The notes below the pieces were generated by a model. The model was not told where the DNA came from and did no database searches. It worked only from the letters and a program-made list of their open reading frames with translations. Of a stretch of 42,649 bases of DNA, positions 1 through 10,152 are shown piece after piece. The first letter of the stretch is position 1. Every line of letters starts with the position of its first letter. The DNA comes from Spirochaetota bacterium. Its GTDB lineage: Bacteria; Spirochaetota; UBA4802; UBA5550. A program made the translations under genes and the position numbers. The stretch spans positions 1 to 42,649 of the forward strand of contig JAAYBQ010000044.1 in NCBI GenBank assembly GCA_012730035.1, given 5' to 3'.

Positions 1-1
1 C

Positions 2-871
2 GATTGCACTCTCGGTGAAGGGGGGCATTCCGAGATCCTTCTTAAACTTTTTCCGGAGATTAAAATTACCGGATTCGAGAGGGATGCTGCGATTCTTGAA
101 AGGGCAAAAGAGAGGCTGGCGCAGTTCGGCGACCGTGTAAAATTTGTGAATAGTAATTTTTCTGATATTGACGGGGAGTTCGGCCCGGGGAACAGGCCCG
201 ATTATATACTGTATGATTTTGGAATTTCATCGTGGCATTTTGAAGAGAGCGGCCGCGGATTCGCCTTTGCCCACGATGAGCCGCTCGACATGAGCCTTGA
301 CGGATCGGGAATAAACGCGAGCGACGTGGTGAACACATACCCCGAGAAGGAGCTTGGCCGTATATTCAGGGTTTACGGTGAAGAGAAGTGGGCTGCAAGG
401 ATAGCCCTTGTAATCTGCGAGAGGCGGCTGCAGGCGGCTATTGAGACAACCGGACAGCTGGCGTCGATTGTTATGGCTGCCATCCCGAAGAAGTTCCACG
501 TAAGGAACATTCACCCTGCCACAAGGGTCTTCCAGGCGCTCAGGATTGAAGTTAACGGCGAGCTCGAGGCTATTGAAAAGGGGCTCGTTGCGGGTTTCGG
601 GGTGCTGGCAGATGGTGGCGTGATGATGGCGATTTCGTTCCATTCGCTTGAAGACAGGATCGTCAAGAATTTTGCAAGAAGAATGAAGGATGGATGCCTG
701 TGCGGCCTGGAGCCGCAGCACTGTATGTGTCACAACGGCGCGTTCGCCGCAGTGCTGACAAAGAAACCTGTTGCCCCGCAGGATGATGAGATCGCTTGGA
801 ACAGCAGGTCGCGCAGCGCGAAAATGCGCGCCCTCGTTAAGTTGAAAGAAATACCGGCAGATGGTCTATGA
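2..871 (+). CDS. rsmH: 16S rRNA (cytosine-N4)-methyltransferase RsmH/MraW, 5'-truncated by the window edge
   Basis: The frame of the 146..871 ORF stays open back to base 2. Translation there reads DCTLGEGGHSEILLKLFPEIKITGFERD, the RsmH SAM-binding region. Later motifs are FHSLEDRIVK and NSRSRSAKMRA. It is the first gene of the dcw cluster. Confidence 0.9.
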   Translation, partial: DCTLGEGGHSEILLKLFPEIKITGFERDAAILERAKERLAQFGDRVKFVNSNFSDIDGEFGPGNRPDYILYDFGISSWHFEESGRGFAFAHDEPLDMSLDGSGINASDVVNTYPEKELGRIFRVYGEEKWAARIALVICERRLQAAIETTGQLASIVMAAIPKKFHVRNIHPATRVFQALRIEVNGELEAIEKGLVAGFGVLADGGVMMAISFHSLEDRIVKNFARRMKDGCLCGLEPQHCMCHNGAFAAVLTKKPVAPQDDEIAWNSRSRSAKMRALVKLKEIPADGL

Positions 872-1158
872 AGCATTTTGCATTAGTTTTTGTCATGAGC
901 CTTTTTGTAATACTGTACGTCTGGCAGAACATCGAGATCATGAAGATAAAGCTGGAGTATAAAAAGATGGTCCGGGCCGAGCACGTTCTTGCCGAGAGCA
1001 ATGCAAAACTGCTCTATGGCCTGGAGAAGCTCAGGAATTTCGGCAGCATGGAATCGAACGCGTCCAGGCATGGGCTCTCGGTTATAAAACCGTCGGATGT
1101 TATTGTTGTTAAGGATGATACCGGTAAAGTGAAAGAAAATGATAAAGAAGATAAGTGA
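868..1158 (+). CDS. ftsL: FtsL-like small bitopic division protein
   Basis: 96 aa with an N-terminal TM helix (ALVFVMSLFVILYVW) followed by a coiled-coil-like segment. Its ATG overlaps the rsmH stop (ATGA). It sits immediately after rsmH, the usual ftsL position. Confidence 0.6.
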   Translation: MKHFALVFVMSLFVILYVWQNIEIMKIKLEYKKMVRAEHVLAESNAKLLYGLEKLRNFGSMESNASRHGLSVIKPSDVIVVKDDTGKVKENDKEDK

Positions 1159-2653
1159 ACTTGTAAGGGAATCGTGCGGCCTTGTTTATATGGCTGAAGG
1201 GAAGTGCAGCGATATTTCCGTTTCTTCTGTTGAATACGATTCCAGGAGTGTAACCGAGGGTTCGCTCTTTGTCGCGGTCGAGGGATTCGAAAGCGACGGC
1301 CATACTTTCATAAAAGCCGCAGTTGAAAAAGGGTGCCGGGCCGTGCTGGTTTCGGGCGGAAGGGTCAGGGACTTTATGGAGATCGCGGGTTCGGGAGTGG
1401 CTCTTCTTGTTTCGAACAACACGCGTAAAGCGCTCTCTTTTCTTTCGGCCTCATTTTACGGTAATCCCTCGGCATCGCTTCATATAACCGGCGTAACCGG
1501 CACTAACGGCAAGACATCGATTACCTACATAATTGAATCGATATACTCATCGCTTGGAATCAGGTGCGGTGTAATCGGAACTGTTAATTACAGATGGGCC
1601 GGGAAGGTTATGCCCGCGCCGAATACCACTCCCGAGTCAAAAGAGATCCACGAGCTTCTTCGCCGTATGCTCGACGAAGGAGTGACACACGTGGTGATGG
1701 AGGTATCTTCACACGCGCTGGAGCTGAACAGGGCGGATGATATAGAATTTGACACCGTGGTCTTCACGAACCTGACCGGGGACCATCTTGATTTTCATAA
1801 AAACATTGAATCGTACTTTCAGGCAAAGAGGAAAATTTTTGCTCTTCTCAGCCGGAGCGTAAAATCCGCGCGCGCAGCCGTGATAAACATGGATGATGAC
1901 TACATAAGGAGAATCTACACAGAGCGTGAAATATACCCCTATGAAATGATCACCTTCGGTGTTGATCACGACGCTCTGTTAAGGGCTGACAGCTCGTCCA
2001 TCGAAGACAGGATCACCGGCGTAAGTTACAGGGCGCTCTTCAGGGGAAGACCCCTGCCGGTTTCCCTTAAACTTGCGGGCCGCTTTCAGGTGTACAATTC
2101 AATGGCCGCCCTGGCTGCGGCGGTTTCGGCGGGCATCACGGTGGAGGATGCGCTCAGGGGGATGTCGGCCATTGAGGGTGTTCCCGGAAGGCTGCAGGTT
2201 GCCGACGCGGGACTGGGGTTTTATGCTGTGGTGGATTATGCTCATACGGCTGACGCGCTTATTAACCTGCTTCAGTCTGTAAACGGTATGCCGCACAACA
2301 GGGTGATCACGGTATTCGGCTGCGGCGGCGACAGGGACAGGTCAAAACGCCCGGTAATGGGCCGAGTAGCAGTTGAAAATTCCGACATCGCGATTGTTAC
2401 CAGTGATAATCCGCGAACCGAGGATCCCGATGCGATCATCAAAGACGTGCTCGCCGGCATGAGCGGCGATAAATTTATTGTTGAACCCGACAGGGAGAAG
2501 GCTATTGCGCTTGCTGTCGGCATGGCCGGTGATGGTGACATCATAGTGCTTGCCGGGAAAGGTCACGAGGATTACCAGATTATAGGGAAAACAAAACGCC
2601 ATTTTGACGACAGGGAGATGGCTTTAAAATATATGCAGGAGAGAAAGCGGTGA
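1139..2653 (+). CDS. murE: UDP-N-acetylmuramoyl-tripeptide synthetase MurE
   Basis: Mur ligase P-loop GVTGTNGKTS and the MurE-type TSDNPRTEDP motif. dcw context. It overlaps ftsL by 20 nt. Confidence 0.9.
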   Translation: MIKKISELVRESCGLVYMAEGKCSDISVSSVEYDSRSVTEGSLFVAVEGFESDGHTFIKAAVEKGCRAVLVSGGRVRDFMEIAGSGVALLVSNNTRKALSFLSASFYGNPSASLHITGVTGTNGKTSITYIIESIYSSLGIRCGVIGTVNYRWAGKVMPAPNTTPESKEIHELLRRMLDEGVTHVVMEVSSHALELNRADDIEFDTVVFTNLTGDHLDFHKNIESYFQAKRKIFALLSRSVKSARAAVINMDDDYIRRIYTEREIYPYEMITFGVDHDALLRADSSSIEDRITGVSYRALFRGRPLPVSLKLAGRFQVYNSMAALAAAVSAGITVEDALRGMSAIEGVPGRLQVADAGLGFYAVVDYAHTADALINLLQSVNGMPHNRVITVFGCGGDRDRSKRPVMGRVAVENSDIAIVTSDNPRTEDPDAIIKDVLAGMSGDKFIVEPDREKAIALAVGMAGDGDIIVLAGKGHEDYQIIGKTKRHFDDREMALKYMQERKR

Positions 2654-4032
2654 AGGCTGCGTTCTCTATTACATCGGGAGAGATTGCTGCTGTCACGGGC
2701 GGAAGGATTCTGTGCGGCGGCAGCGGGATCAGTGTTGGCGATGTCACCACTGATTCAAGGGAGCCTGCCGGCCTGTACATTCCGATTATTGGTGAAAATT
2801 TTGACGGCCACGACTTTATCGAGGAGCTCTGCAAGTCCGGAAACGTAAAATGCTGCATGACCATGAAGGCCGGCTACGAAAGCATTGCGCAGTCCGCAGG
2901 GTCCGGGCTGATTTTATGCGACGACACGCTGAAGGCGCTGGGTGCGCTCGGCAGGCATCACAGGGAGAAGTTCAGGCCGCTGATGACCGGCGTGACCGGT
3001 ACAAACGGCAAGACCACAACCAAGGAGCTGATACACCTGGTACTCTCTTCGCGCTTTAAAACACTCAGGAACGTGAAGAACTATAACAATGAAATCGGTG
3101 TGCCTTTCACGCTGATGCAGCTTGATGATACTTTCGGCGCCGCTGTGATCGAGATGGGAATGAACCACGCGGGAGAGATTGAACGACTTGCTGATATGGT
3201 CAGGCCCGACATAGCGGTGATAACCAGTATAGGCGCGGGGCACCTTGAGTTTCTGGGGAGCGTCGAGAACGTGGCCTATGCCAAGTGCGAGATAATGAAG
3301 GGCATGAAGCCCGGTTCCACCCTTATAGCGAACAGGGACACTGAATGCTTTCATATAATCGAACGCCTGGCATCTGATCACGGGCTTGTAACTCTTACGT
3401 ACGGTCTTGATGCCGGGGCGCAGGTTAAGCCTGAGAGCTATGAGCTTTCAGAAAAAAGCACCACCGTTGTCTACAAAGAAGTTAAAATAACCGTGCCGCT
3501 CTACGGCAGGCACAATATACACAACATTCTTGCCGCGCTCGCAGTAGCAGAAACTGCGGGCATAAGCCCGGTTGAAGCCGCATCCGCCCTTTCCTCTTTT
3601 GAAAATGTCGGCGGCAGAAGTGAAATTATTCACAGCCTCTATACTGTAATCGATGATACTTACAATTCAAATCCGCTCTCATCTCTTTACGCGCTTGAAT
3701 CGGTGTGCGATGTTTTTAGGGGACAGAGAAGGTTTGCCGCGCTTGCGGATATGAAGGAACTGGGTGAGTCCTCTGCCCTTTACCATATAAAGGTGGGAGA
3801 ATTTGTGGCAGACAGAAAGTTTGACGGGCTCTTTCTGTTTGGTGAAATGTCGCAGTATTATGCCGATGGTGCAGAGAGAGTCGGGATGAGTCCTGAAAAG
3901 ATAAAAATATTCGAAAGCAAAGATGATATGTCGGCGCACCTTAAGAGTTTTCTGAAAGAGGGTGACGTGCTGCTCGTGAAGGGATCGCGTTCCATGAAGA
4001 TGGAAGAGGTTGTGAACAGTATTGTGAAATGA
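2650..4032 (+). CDS. murF: UDP-MurNAc-tripeptide--D-Ala-D-Ala ligase MurF
   Basis: Mur ligase motif GVTGTNGKTTT, then IEMGMNHAGEI and DDTYNSNP. The GTG start overlaps the murE stop (GTGA). Confidence 0.9.
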   Translation: MKAAFSITSGEIAAVTGGRILCGGSGISVGDVTTDSREPAGLYIPIIGENFDGHDFIEELCKSGNVKCCMTMKAGYESIAQSAGSGLILCDDTLKALGALGRHHREKFRPLMTGVTGTNGKTTTKELIHLVLSSRFKTLRNVKNYNNEIGVPFTLMQLDDTFGAAVIEMGMNHAGEIERLADMVRPDIAVITSIGAGHLEFLGSVENVAYAKCEIMKGMKPGSTLIANRDTECFHIIERLASDHGLVTLTYGLDAGAQVKPESYELSEKSTTVVYKEVKITVPLYGRHNIHNILAALAVAETAGISPVEAASALSSFENVGGRSEIIHSLYTVIDDTYNSNPLSSLYALESVCDVFRGQRRFAALADMKELGESSALYHIKVGEFVADRKFDGLFLFGEMSQYYADGAERVGMSPEKIKIFESKDDMSAHLKSFLKEGDVLLVKGSRSMKMEEVVNSIVK

Positions 4033-4042
4033 GGTAAAGAGG

Positions 4043-5128
4043 ATGTTCTACCATTTTGTTTTCCCGCTCAGGGAATATGTATCATACCTGAACCTTTTTC
4101 AGTATATAACATTCAGGTCTGCCGCTGCTGCAGTAACAGCGCTCCTGCTGGTGCTTATTTTCGGCGGGCCTGTAATCCGACTGCTGCAGCGCATAAAGTT
4201 CGGCGAGCAGATAAGGAACCTGGGTCCCGAAAGCCATAAATCAAAGGCCGGCACTCCGACCATGGGCGGAATACTTTTTCTTGGCGCGGTGGTGGCATCT
4301 ATAATACTATGGGGGAATTTTTCCAACCATTACCTTGTTATACTTATAGTCTCTACAGTCCTGCTGGGCACGCTCGGGTTCATGGATGATTATATAAAGG
4401 CAGTGAAGAAGAGAAAGGATGGTGTTAATCCCCGGGGTAAACTGACAGTGCAGATAGGTGTCGCTGCAATAGTTTCGGCTGCGGTCTTTTTATTCCCCTC
4501 TAATCCCGGCGAGTGCACAACGCTCTACATACCATTTATCAAGCGTGCCATAACCGACCTTGGTTGGACATGGATTTTTTTCTCGATCTTTGTCATAATC
4601 AGCTACTCAAACGCGGTTAACCTTACGGACGGACTTGACGGCCTCGCAGCCGGAACAGTCGGTATTGTTACTGCAACACTTGCGATAATGACATACCTGA
4701 CGGGCAACGTGAAGATTGCCGAATACCTGGGAATACCGTACATAGCCCATGCTGCCGAACTGACTGTTTTTCTATCCGCGCTCACAGGCGCTCTAATAGG
4801 TTTTCTCTGGTTCAACAGCAATCCCGCGAGCGTATTCATGGGGGACACCGGTTCGCTCGCGCTTGGCGGTGTCATCGGTATAGTTTCGATTATGATTAAA
4901 AAAGAATTCTTTCTCGTTATAGTGGGGGGGATTTTTGTTTTTGAGGCATTATCTGTTGTTATTCAGGTCGGGTCATTCAGGCTGAGAAAAAAGAGGGTCT
5001 TTAAGATGGCCCCCATTCATCACCACTTTGAGCTGTCGGGCTGGCCCGAGCAGAAGGTTGTGGCAAGGATGTGGATTATAGGGATTGTCCTTGCGATCAT
5101 GGGGCTTGCATCGCTGAAGATACTGTAA
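4043..5128 (+). CDS. mraY: phospho-N-acetylmuramoyl-pentapeptide transferase MraY
   Basis: Polytopic membrane protein with NLTDGLDGLA, MGDTGSLALGG and APIHHHFE motifs. Confidence 0.95.
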   Translation: MFYHFVFPLREYVSYLNLFQYITFRSAAAAVTALLLVLIFGGPVIRLLQRIKFGEQIRNLGPESHKSKAGTPTMGGILFLGAVVASIILWGNFSNHYLVILIVSTVLLGTLGFMDDYIKAVKKRKDGVNPRGKLTVQIGVAAIVSAAVFLFPSNPGECTTLYIPFIKRAITDLGWTWIFFSIFVIISYSNAVNLTDGLDGLAAGTVGIVTATLAIMTYLTGNVKIAEYLGIPYIAHAAELTVFLSALTGALIGFLWFNSNPASVFMGDTGSLALGGVIGIVSIMIKKEFFLVIVGGIFVFEALSVVIQVGSFRLRKKRVFKMAPIHHHFELSGWPEQKVVARMWIIGIVLAIMGLASLKIL

Positions 5129-5131
5129 GGA

Positions 5132-6523
5132 ATGCTGATGAACGATACTTATAGAAAAGCGCTTGTCGTAGGCCTGGGGTACAGGACAGGGCTGGCTACC
5201 GCGAATTTTCTTGCGGCACGCGGGGTTGATGTTGCTGTAACCGACACGAAAAGCGCTGATGAGCTTGCAGATATAATCGCGAAACTCGATACTTCAGTCC
5301 GGGTTATCGCCGGTAATCAGGAGCCTTCAATTCTTGATGAAGGATTTGACGTTGCCGTACTCAGCCCCGGCGTTCCCCGGATTATTCCTCTTGTCCGCGA
5401 GGCTGAAAACCGCAGGATACCGGTTATCGCCGAGATCGAGCTGGCGTACAGAAACATGAAGGGATACACCGTGGGCATAACCGGCACTGACGGCAAATCC
5501 ACAACCACGAGCCTTACCGGCCATATTTTGAGTTCACTTGGATTCCATACACTTGTTGGGGGCAACATCGGGATACCACTTATATCTCTCGCGCAACAGA
5601 CAACTGATAAAACTGTTACTGTAATAGAACTGTCATCGTTTATGCTTGAAACCATAGATACCTTTAAGCCCGACGTGGCCGCCATACTTAACGTTACACC
5701 GGACCACCTTGACAGGTATAACGGCATGGACGAATATTTCGCTGCAAAAAAAAGAATATTCATGAATCAGTCTGATGATGACTGGTTTGTATACAACATG
5801 GACAGCGACATGCTCATGGCGGCACGCGGTGAGTATCCGGTAAATTCACTCTGTTTCTCAACCGGCAACAACGAGGCAGACGCTTTTATTTTTAACGACC
5901 GCTTATATTTTTCCATGCTTGGTGTTGATCTTCCGGTTGCAAGACTGGATGATATTCCGGTACTCGGAATTCATAATGTTCAGAATGTACTGGCCTCGGT
6001 TCTAATGGTTATAGCTCTCCATAAAAAGACGGGGACATCTCCCGATCCCGGCAGAATTGTCGATGCGATACGCACGTTCAAGGGGCTTGAGCACAGGATG
6101 GAACAGGCCGGCGAATATATGGGACGTACGTTTGTGAACGATTCAAAGGCTACTACGATCGGTGCGGTAGAGATGGCCGTGCGGAGCATAAAGGATAAGG
6201 GTATTCTTATAATCGGCGGACGCACTAAAGGTGACGATTATTCAAGGCTTCGCGATGTAGTCATGGAGAAGGCAAGGGGGATAGTGCTCATAGGCGAATC
6301 GGCGGAGATGTTTGCCTCAATATTCAGCGGCATGAATTTTACAAAGGCTGCAGACATGGAGGACGCGGTTGTCAAGGCAATGCGGATGTCTGCCGAGGGG
6401 GACATGATCCTTCTTTCACCGGCGTGCGCTTCGTTCGACATGTTCACAAGCTACGACGAGCGCGGCAAGGTGTTCAAGGAATGCGTCAAGAAACTGGCGG
6501 GGGGTAAAATATCCTGGACCTGA
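5132..6523 (+). CDS. murD: UDP-MurNAc-L-Ala--D-Glu ligase MurD
   Basis: N-terminal Rossmann-like VVGLGYRTG and Mur ligase GITGTDGKSTT. dcw position. An alternative ATG lies at 5138. Confidence 0.9.
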   Translation: MLMNDTYRKALVVGLGYRTGLATANFLAARGVDVAVTDTKSADELADIIAKLDTSVRVIAGNQEPSILDEGFDVAVLSPGVPRIIPLVREAENRRIPVIAEIELAYRNMKGYTVGITGTDGKSTTTSLTGHILSSLGFHTLVGGNIGIPLISLAQQTTDKTVTVIELSSFMLETIDTFKPDVAAILNVTPDHLDRYNGMDEYFAAKKRIFMNQSDDDWFVYNMDSDMLMAARGEYPVNSLCFSTGNNEADAFIFNDRLYFSMLGVDLPVARLDDIPVLGIHNVQNVLASVLMVIALHKKTGTSPDPGRIVDAIRTFKGLEHRMEQAGEYMGRTFVNDSKATTIGAVEMAVRSIKDKGILIIGGRTKGDDYSRLRDVVMEKARGIVLIGESAEMFASIFSGMNFTKAADMEDAVVKAMRMSAEGDMILLSPACASFDMFTSYDERGKVFKECVKKLAGGKISWT

Positions 6524-6528
6524 ACAAT

Positions 6529-7671
6529 GTGATCGATACAAGGAGAAGGGGGGAACCCGATCTTCTTCTGTTCGTTGCAGTCTTTGCACTTGCTGGGATA
6601 GGCATTGCCATGAGCTACAGTGCCAGTGCTGTTATGGCCTACAGGATATACGGGGATTCATTCTTTTTTCTTAAAAAACAGGTGCTCTGGTTCATCATCA
6701 GCCTTGGTGCCCTGCTTGCGGTTCAGAATATTGATTACAGGAATTACGCAAAGTACACGAAGCTGATGCTTCTTTTGTCGCTCATTTTGCTGGTAATGGT
6801 GCTGGTGCCGGGCATAGGTACGGGGGCCAAGGGATCTTCAAGATGGCTGGTGTTTGGCCCCATGAGAATTCAGCCTTCGGAGTTTGTAAAACTTGCGGTA
6901 GTAATCTACCTGGTAAAGATATATTCGGCAGATGCGAGCGAGAGCCATGTTATGAGGCTGCTCATACCGATGATCGTTCTTGCGACAATTTTTATACTGG
7001 TAATGATGCAGCCCGATTTCGGCACTGCGATCGATCTTCTCTTTGTCTCTGTGTTTATCATGTTTGTGTCCGGGTTTCCACTGCTCTATATGATTCTGCT
7101 GGGTGTAATAAGCGTGCCGATGTTCTACCTTCTCATATACCAGGTAAGCTACAGGTGGGACAGGATTATTTCATACCTTGACCCCTGGCATGACAGGTAC
7201 GGTCTGGGGTACCACGTAATTCAGTCCTTTACCGCGTTTAAAAAGGGGGGACTTATAGGTACCGGGCTTGGTTTCGGCACGCAGAAGATAGCACGCCTGC
7301 CCGAACCGCATACCGATTTTATATTCGCTGTAATAGCCGAAGAGACAGGCCTTGCCGGGACAGTGAGTATCGCTCTTCTTTTCTGCTTCGTGTTCTGGCG
7401 CGGAGTGCAGATAGCGCTTGAGGCTCCCGACGATTTCGGCAGGCTGCTCGCGCTGGGACTCAGCCTGCTGATCATTGTGCAGGCGTTCATAAATATGGGT
7501 GTGGTTACCGGGTCTCTGCCTACTACCGGGATACCCCTTCCGTTTATAAGCTACGGCGGGTCATCCCTTCTTTCAAGCATGATTGCAGCAGGAATACTGC
7601 TTAATATATCCAGGTACAGGGACGCTGCGTACCGCGAAGTATCATTTGACGAGGTGTGGCACAATGAGTAA
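6529..7671 (+). CDS. ftsW: SEDS-family peptidoglycan glycosyltransferase FtsW
   Basis: About 10 TM segments and the SEDS motifs PEPHTDFIFAVIAEE and LPFISYGGSS. GTG start. Position between murD and murG. Confidence 0.9.
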   Translation: MIDTRRRGEPDLLLFVAVFALAGIGIAMSYSASAVMAYRIYGDSFFFLKKQVLWFIISLGALLAVQNIDYRNYAKYTKLMLLLSLILLVMVLVPGIGTGAKGSSRWLVFGPMRIQPSEFVKLAVVIYLVKIYSADASESHVMRLLIPMIVLATIFILVMMQPDFGTAIDLLFVSVFIMFVSGFPLLYMILLGVISVPMFYLLIYQVSYRWDRIISYLDPWHDRYGLGYHVIQSFTAFKKGGLIGTGLGFGTQKIARLPEPHTDFIFAVIAEETGLAGTVSIALLFCFVFWRGVQIALEAPDDFGRLLALGLSLLIIVQAFINMGVVTGSLPTTGIPLPFISYGGSSLLSSMIAAGILLNISRYRDAAYREVSFDEVWHNE

Positions 7672-8779
7672 GAATATACTTATAACCGGGGGTGGAACCG
7701 GGGGGCACATAAGCCCCGGTCTTGCCCTGTTCGAAAAACTTTCAGAGGATGGCAGCATGAACCCCTTTTTCCTGACCGGGAAAAATGATCTCAGGTTTTC
7801 TACTTTCGGTGAACTTGACAGCAGCAAGCTGCTCACCTACAGGGCGCCTGCCCTGACCCGCAATCCATTTAAGCTGCCCGGATTTGTGATCAGTTTTATC
7901 CGCGCCCTGCTGCGCGTAAAAAGAATTATCAGAAAGAAAAATATTTCGGCAGTAGTCGGCATGGGCGGGTACGTTTCAGCGCCGGCGCTCGCTGCGGCAA
8001 AGTTAAGCGGCACCCCGTATTTTCTCTGCGAACAGAACAGTGTGCCGGGCAAGGTTACAGTCTGGTTTGAAAAAAACTGCGCCATGGTTTTTTCAACCTT
8101 TGCTGAATCAGCTGAATATCTGAAGTTCCCTGAAAAGTTTGTTCATTGTGGAAATCCCATACGCAACAGCGTACTTGTATCCGCGGGTAAAACAGAGGCA
8201 AAAAAAGCTTTTCATCTTGAGCACTGCAGTAAAATTATTCTTGTCATAGGGGGAAGCCAGGGGGCAGTTAAACTGAATGAACTAACGCTGGGACTAAAAA
8301 ACAAGTACCCGCATGAATTCAAAAATACCGGGATAATATGGAGTACCGGCGATCTTTCATTTGACGAGTTCAAGAGAAGATCGCAGAGCGAGCCCGATGC
8401 CGGATCGATTTACATTTCGCCATACATAAAGCGTGTGGGCAAGGCTTACAGGGCGTGCGATATAGCAATATCCAGGTCCGGTGCCGGAGTCATGATGGAA
8501 CTTGCGGCAGCCGGAGTGCCGTCTATTCTTATACCTTATCCATTCGCGGCAATGGACCACCAGGATAAAAACGCTGACGCCTTTGTTAAAGCGGGTGCCG
8601 CAGTAAAGATAAGCGACAGCGATGCCGTTGCAGAAAAGGTGGCACCTGTACTCTTTGAGCTGCTCTCGCACCCGCGCAGGCTTAAGGATATGGCTGAAAG
8701 CGCGAAGAAAGCGGCGATGACAGATGCCGCTGACGTCATAGTTAAACACATAAAAGATACATTGATTAACAGGGGTTAG
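7664..8779 (+). CDS. murG: undecaprenyl-PP-MurNAc-pentapeptide GlcNAc transferase MurG
   Basis: MSKNILITGGGTGGHISPGLA is the MurG G-loop. The ATG at 7664 overlaps the ftsW stop by 8 nt. The track ORF start at 7583 is an in-frame read-through inside ftsW. Confidence 0.9.
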   Translation: MSKNILITGGGTGGHISPGLALFEKLSEDGSMNPFFLTGKNDLRFSTFGELDSSKLLTYRAPALTRNPFKLPGFVISFIRALLRVKRIIRKKNISAVVGMGGYVSAPALAAAKLSGTPYFLCEQNSVPGKVTVWFEKNCAMVFSTFAESAEYLKFPEKFVHCGNPIRNSVLVSAGKTEAKKAFHLEHCSKIILVIGGSQGAVKLNELTLGLKNKYPHEFKNTGIIWSTGDLSFDEFKRRSQSEPDAGSIYISPYIKRVGKAYRACDIAISRSGAGVMMELAAAGVPSILIPYPFAAMDHQDKNADAFVKAGAAVKISDSDAVAEKVAPVLFELLSHPRRLKDMAESAKKAAMTDAADVIVKHIKDTLINRG

Positions 8780-8784
8780 ACGAA

Positions 8785-10149
8785 TTGTTCAGAAAATCTA
8801 AAAGAATGCATTTTATAGGTATCGGCGGTATCGGCATGAGCGGAATCGCCGAGATACTTATAAACCTGGGCTACGAGGTATCGGGTTCAGACCTGAAGTC
8901 ATCGGATGTAACCAGGAGGCTTGAGAGCCTGGGCGCGACCATATATACAGGCCACTTTCCGTCGAACATAGGTGATTATCATGTGGTGGTTTCATCAAGC
9001 GCCATTGACCTGGCCAACCCGGAAATAATTGAAGCCCGCAGAAGGCGCATACCAATTATCCACAGGTCCGAGATGCTCGCGGAACTTGTCAGGCTTAAGC
9101 ACGGCATCGGCGTAGCCGGTACTCACGGCAAAACCACAACATCCTCCATGCTCGCCTCGGTGCTGAACGACAGCGGAATGAACCCCACTGCCATTATCGG
9201 CGGCAAGGTATTCAATTTCGGGTCAAATGCCAGGGCTGGCGAGGGTGAATACATTGTGTTCGAAGCGGATGAATCGGACGGGTCCTTTCTGAAACTTCTG
9301 CCCAGCATAGCGATTGTGACAAACATAGACGCGGATCACCTTGACCACTACAAGTACTTTGAAGGGCTCAAGGATGCGTTCCTGACATACATGAACAACA
9401 TACCGTTTTATGGTTATTCGGTGCTCTGCATTGATGACAGCGTGGTGCGCGAACTGCTTCCTCGGGTGGAAAGGCCGTATTACACCTACGGGTTCAGCAC
9501 CGACGCTGATTTTGTCGCGCGCGATGTGCACCGCAGCGACGGAATGACCTGTTTTACCTGTGATCACAGGGGGGAGGAGATGGGGAAGTTCAGCCTGGCG
9601 CAGCTGGGTAACCATAACGTGAGCAACGCACTTTCAGTAATAGCAGTTGCGACTGAGCTTGGCCTTCCGGTTGAAAAGATAAAACATGGTCTGGCCAACT
9701 TCCGTGGCGTTGGGCGCAGACTTGAAAAGACAGGAGAAAAGAGCGGAATAACAGTCATGGATGACTATGGTCACCATCCGACAGAAATACGGGCAACTCT
9801 CTCCGCTTTAAGGAGCCTGGGCAGACGGATTGTTGTGGTGTTCCAGCCCCACAGGTATTCAAGGACAGAGCTGCTATGGGATGAATTCGGACAGTCTTTT
9901 GCCGGCGCTGACGAGGTCTTTATGACCGGTATTTACCCTGCGGGTGAACAGCCGATCGAGGGTGTTTCGACTGAGCTTATATGCCAGGCAATGGAGAAGC
10001 ATGAAAACAGAAGGCCTGTGGTTGTGAACAGGCTTGATGATATACCGGCCATGGTGGTTCCGGTACTGCGTGAAGGGGATGTTGTGCTCACGCTGGGGGC
10101 CGGTGATATATACAAGGCCGGACCAATGATACTGGCGGAGATTAAATAG
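8785..10149 (+). CDS. murC: UDP-N-acetylmuramate--L-alanine ligase MurC
   Basis: HFIGIGGIGMSGIAE and GTHGKTTTSSM motifs. The listed start is TTG at 8785. The ATG at 8806 (MHFIGIGG) is an equally plausible start. Confidence 0.9.
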   Translation: MFRKSKRMHFIGIGGIGMSGIAEILINLGYEVSGSDLKSSDVTRRLESLGATIYTGHFPSNIGDYHVVVSSSAIDLANPEIIEARRRRIPIIHRSEMLAELVRLKHGIGVAGTHGKTTTSSMLASVLNDSGMNPTAIIGGKVFNFGSNARAGEGEYIVFEADESDGSFLKLLPSIAIVTNIDADHLDHYKYFEGLKDAFLTYMNNIPFYGYSVLCIDDSVVRELLPRVERPYYTYGFSTDADFVARDVHRSDGMTCFTCDHRGEEMGKFSLAQLGNHNVSNALSVIAVATELGLPVEKIKHGLANFRGVGRRLEKTGEKSGITVMDDYGHHPTEIRATLSALRSLGRRIVVVFQPHRYSRTELLWDEFGQSFAGADEVFMTGIYPAGEQPIEGVSTELICQAMEKHENRRPVVVNRLDDIPAMVVPVLREGDVVLTLGAGDIYKAGPMILAEIK

Positions 10150-10152
10150 TTC

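Noticed and set aside
7583-7663. N-terminal extensions suggested by the ORF track for murG (7583), recB (25196) and recD (28650).
   Set aside because: The extensions lie inside the preceding gene. Conserved N-termini begin at the internal ATGs (7664 MSKNILITGGG, 25226 MNEFSVLD, 28716 MNRVNYG), which give classic 8-nt stop/start overlaps.
9056-9064. Perfect DnaA-box-like nonamer TTATCCACA.
   Set aside because: It is a single copy inside the murC coding sequence, with no cluster of boxes and no adjacent AT-rich unwinding element. This is most likely chance.
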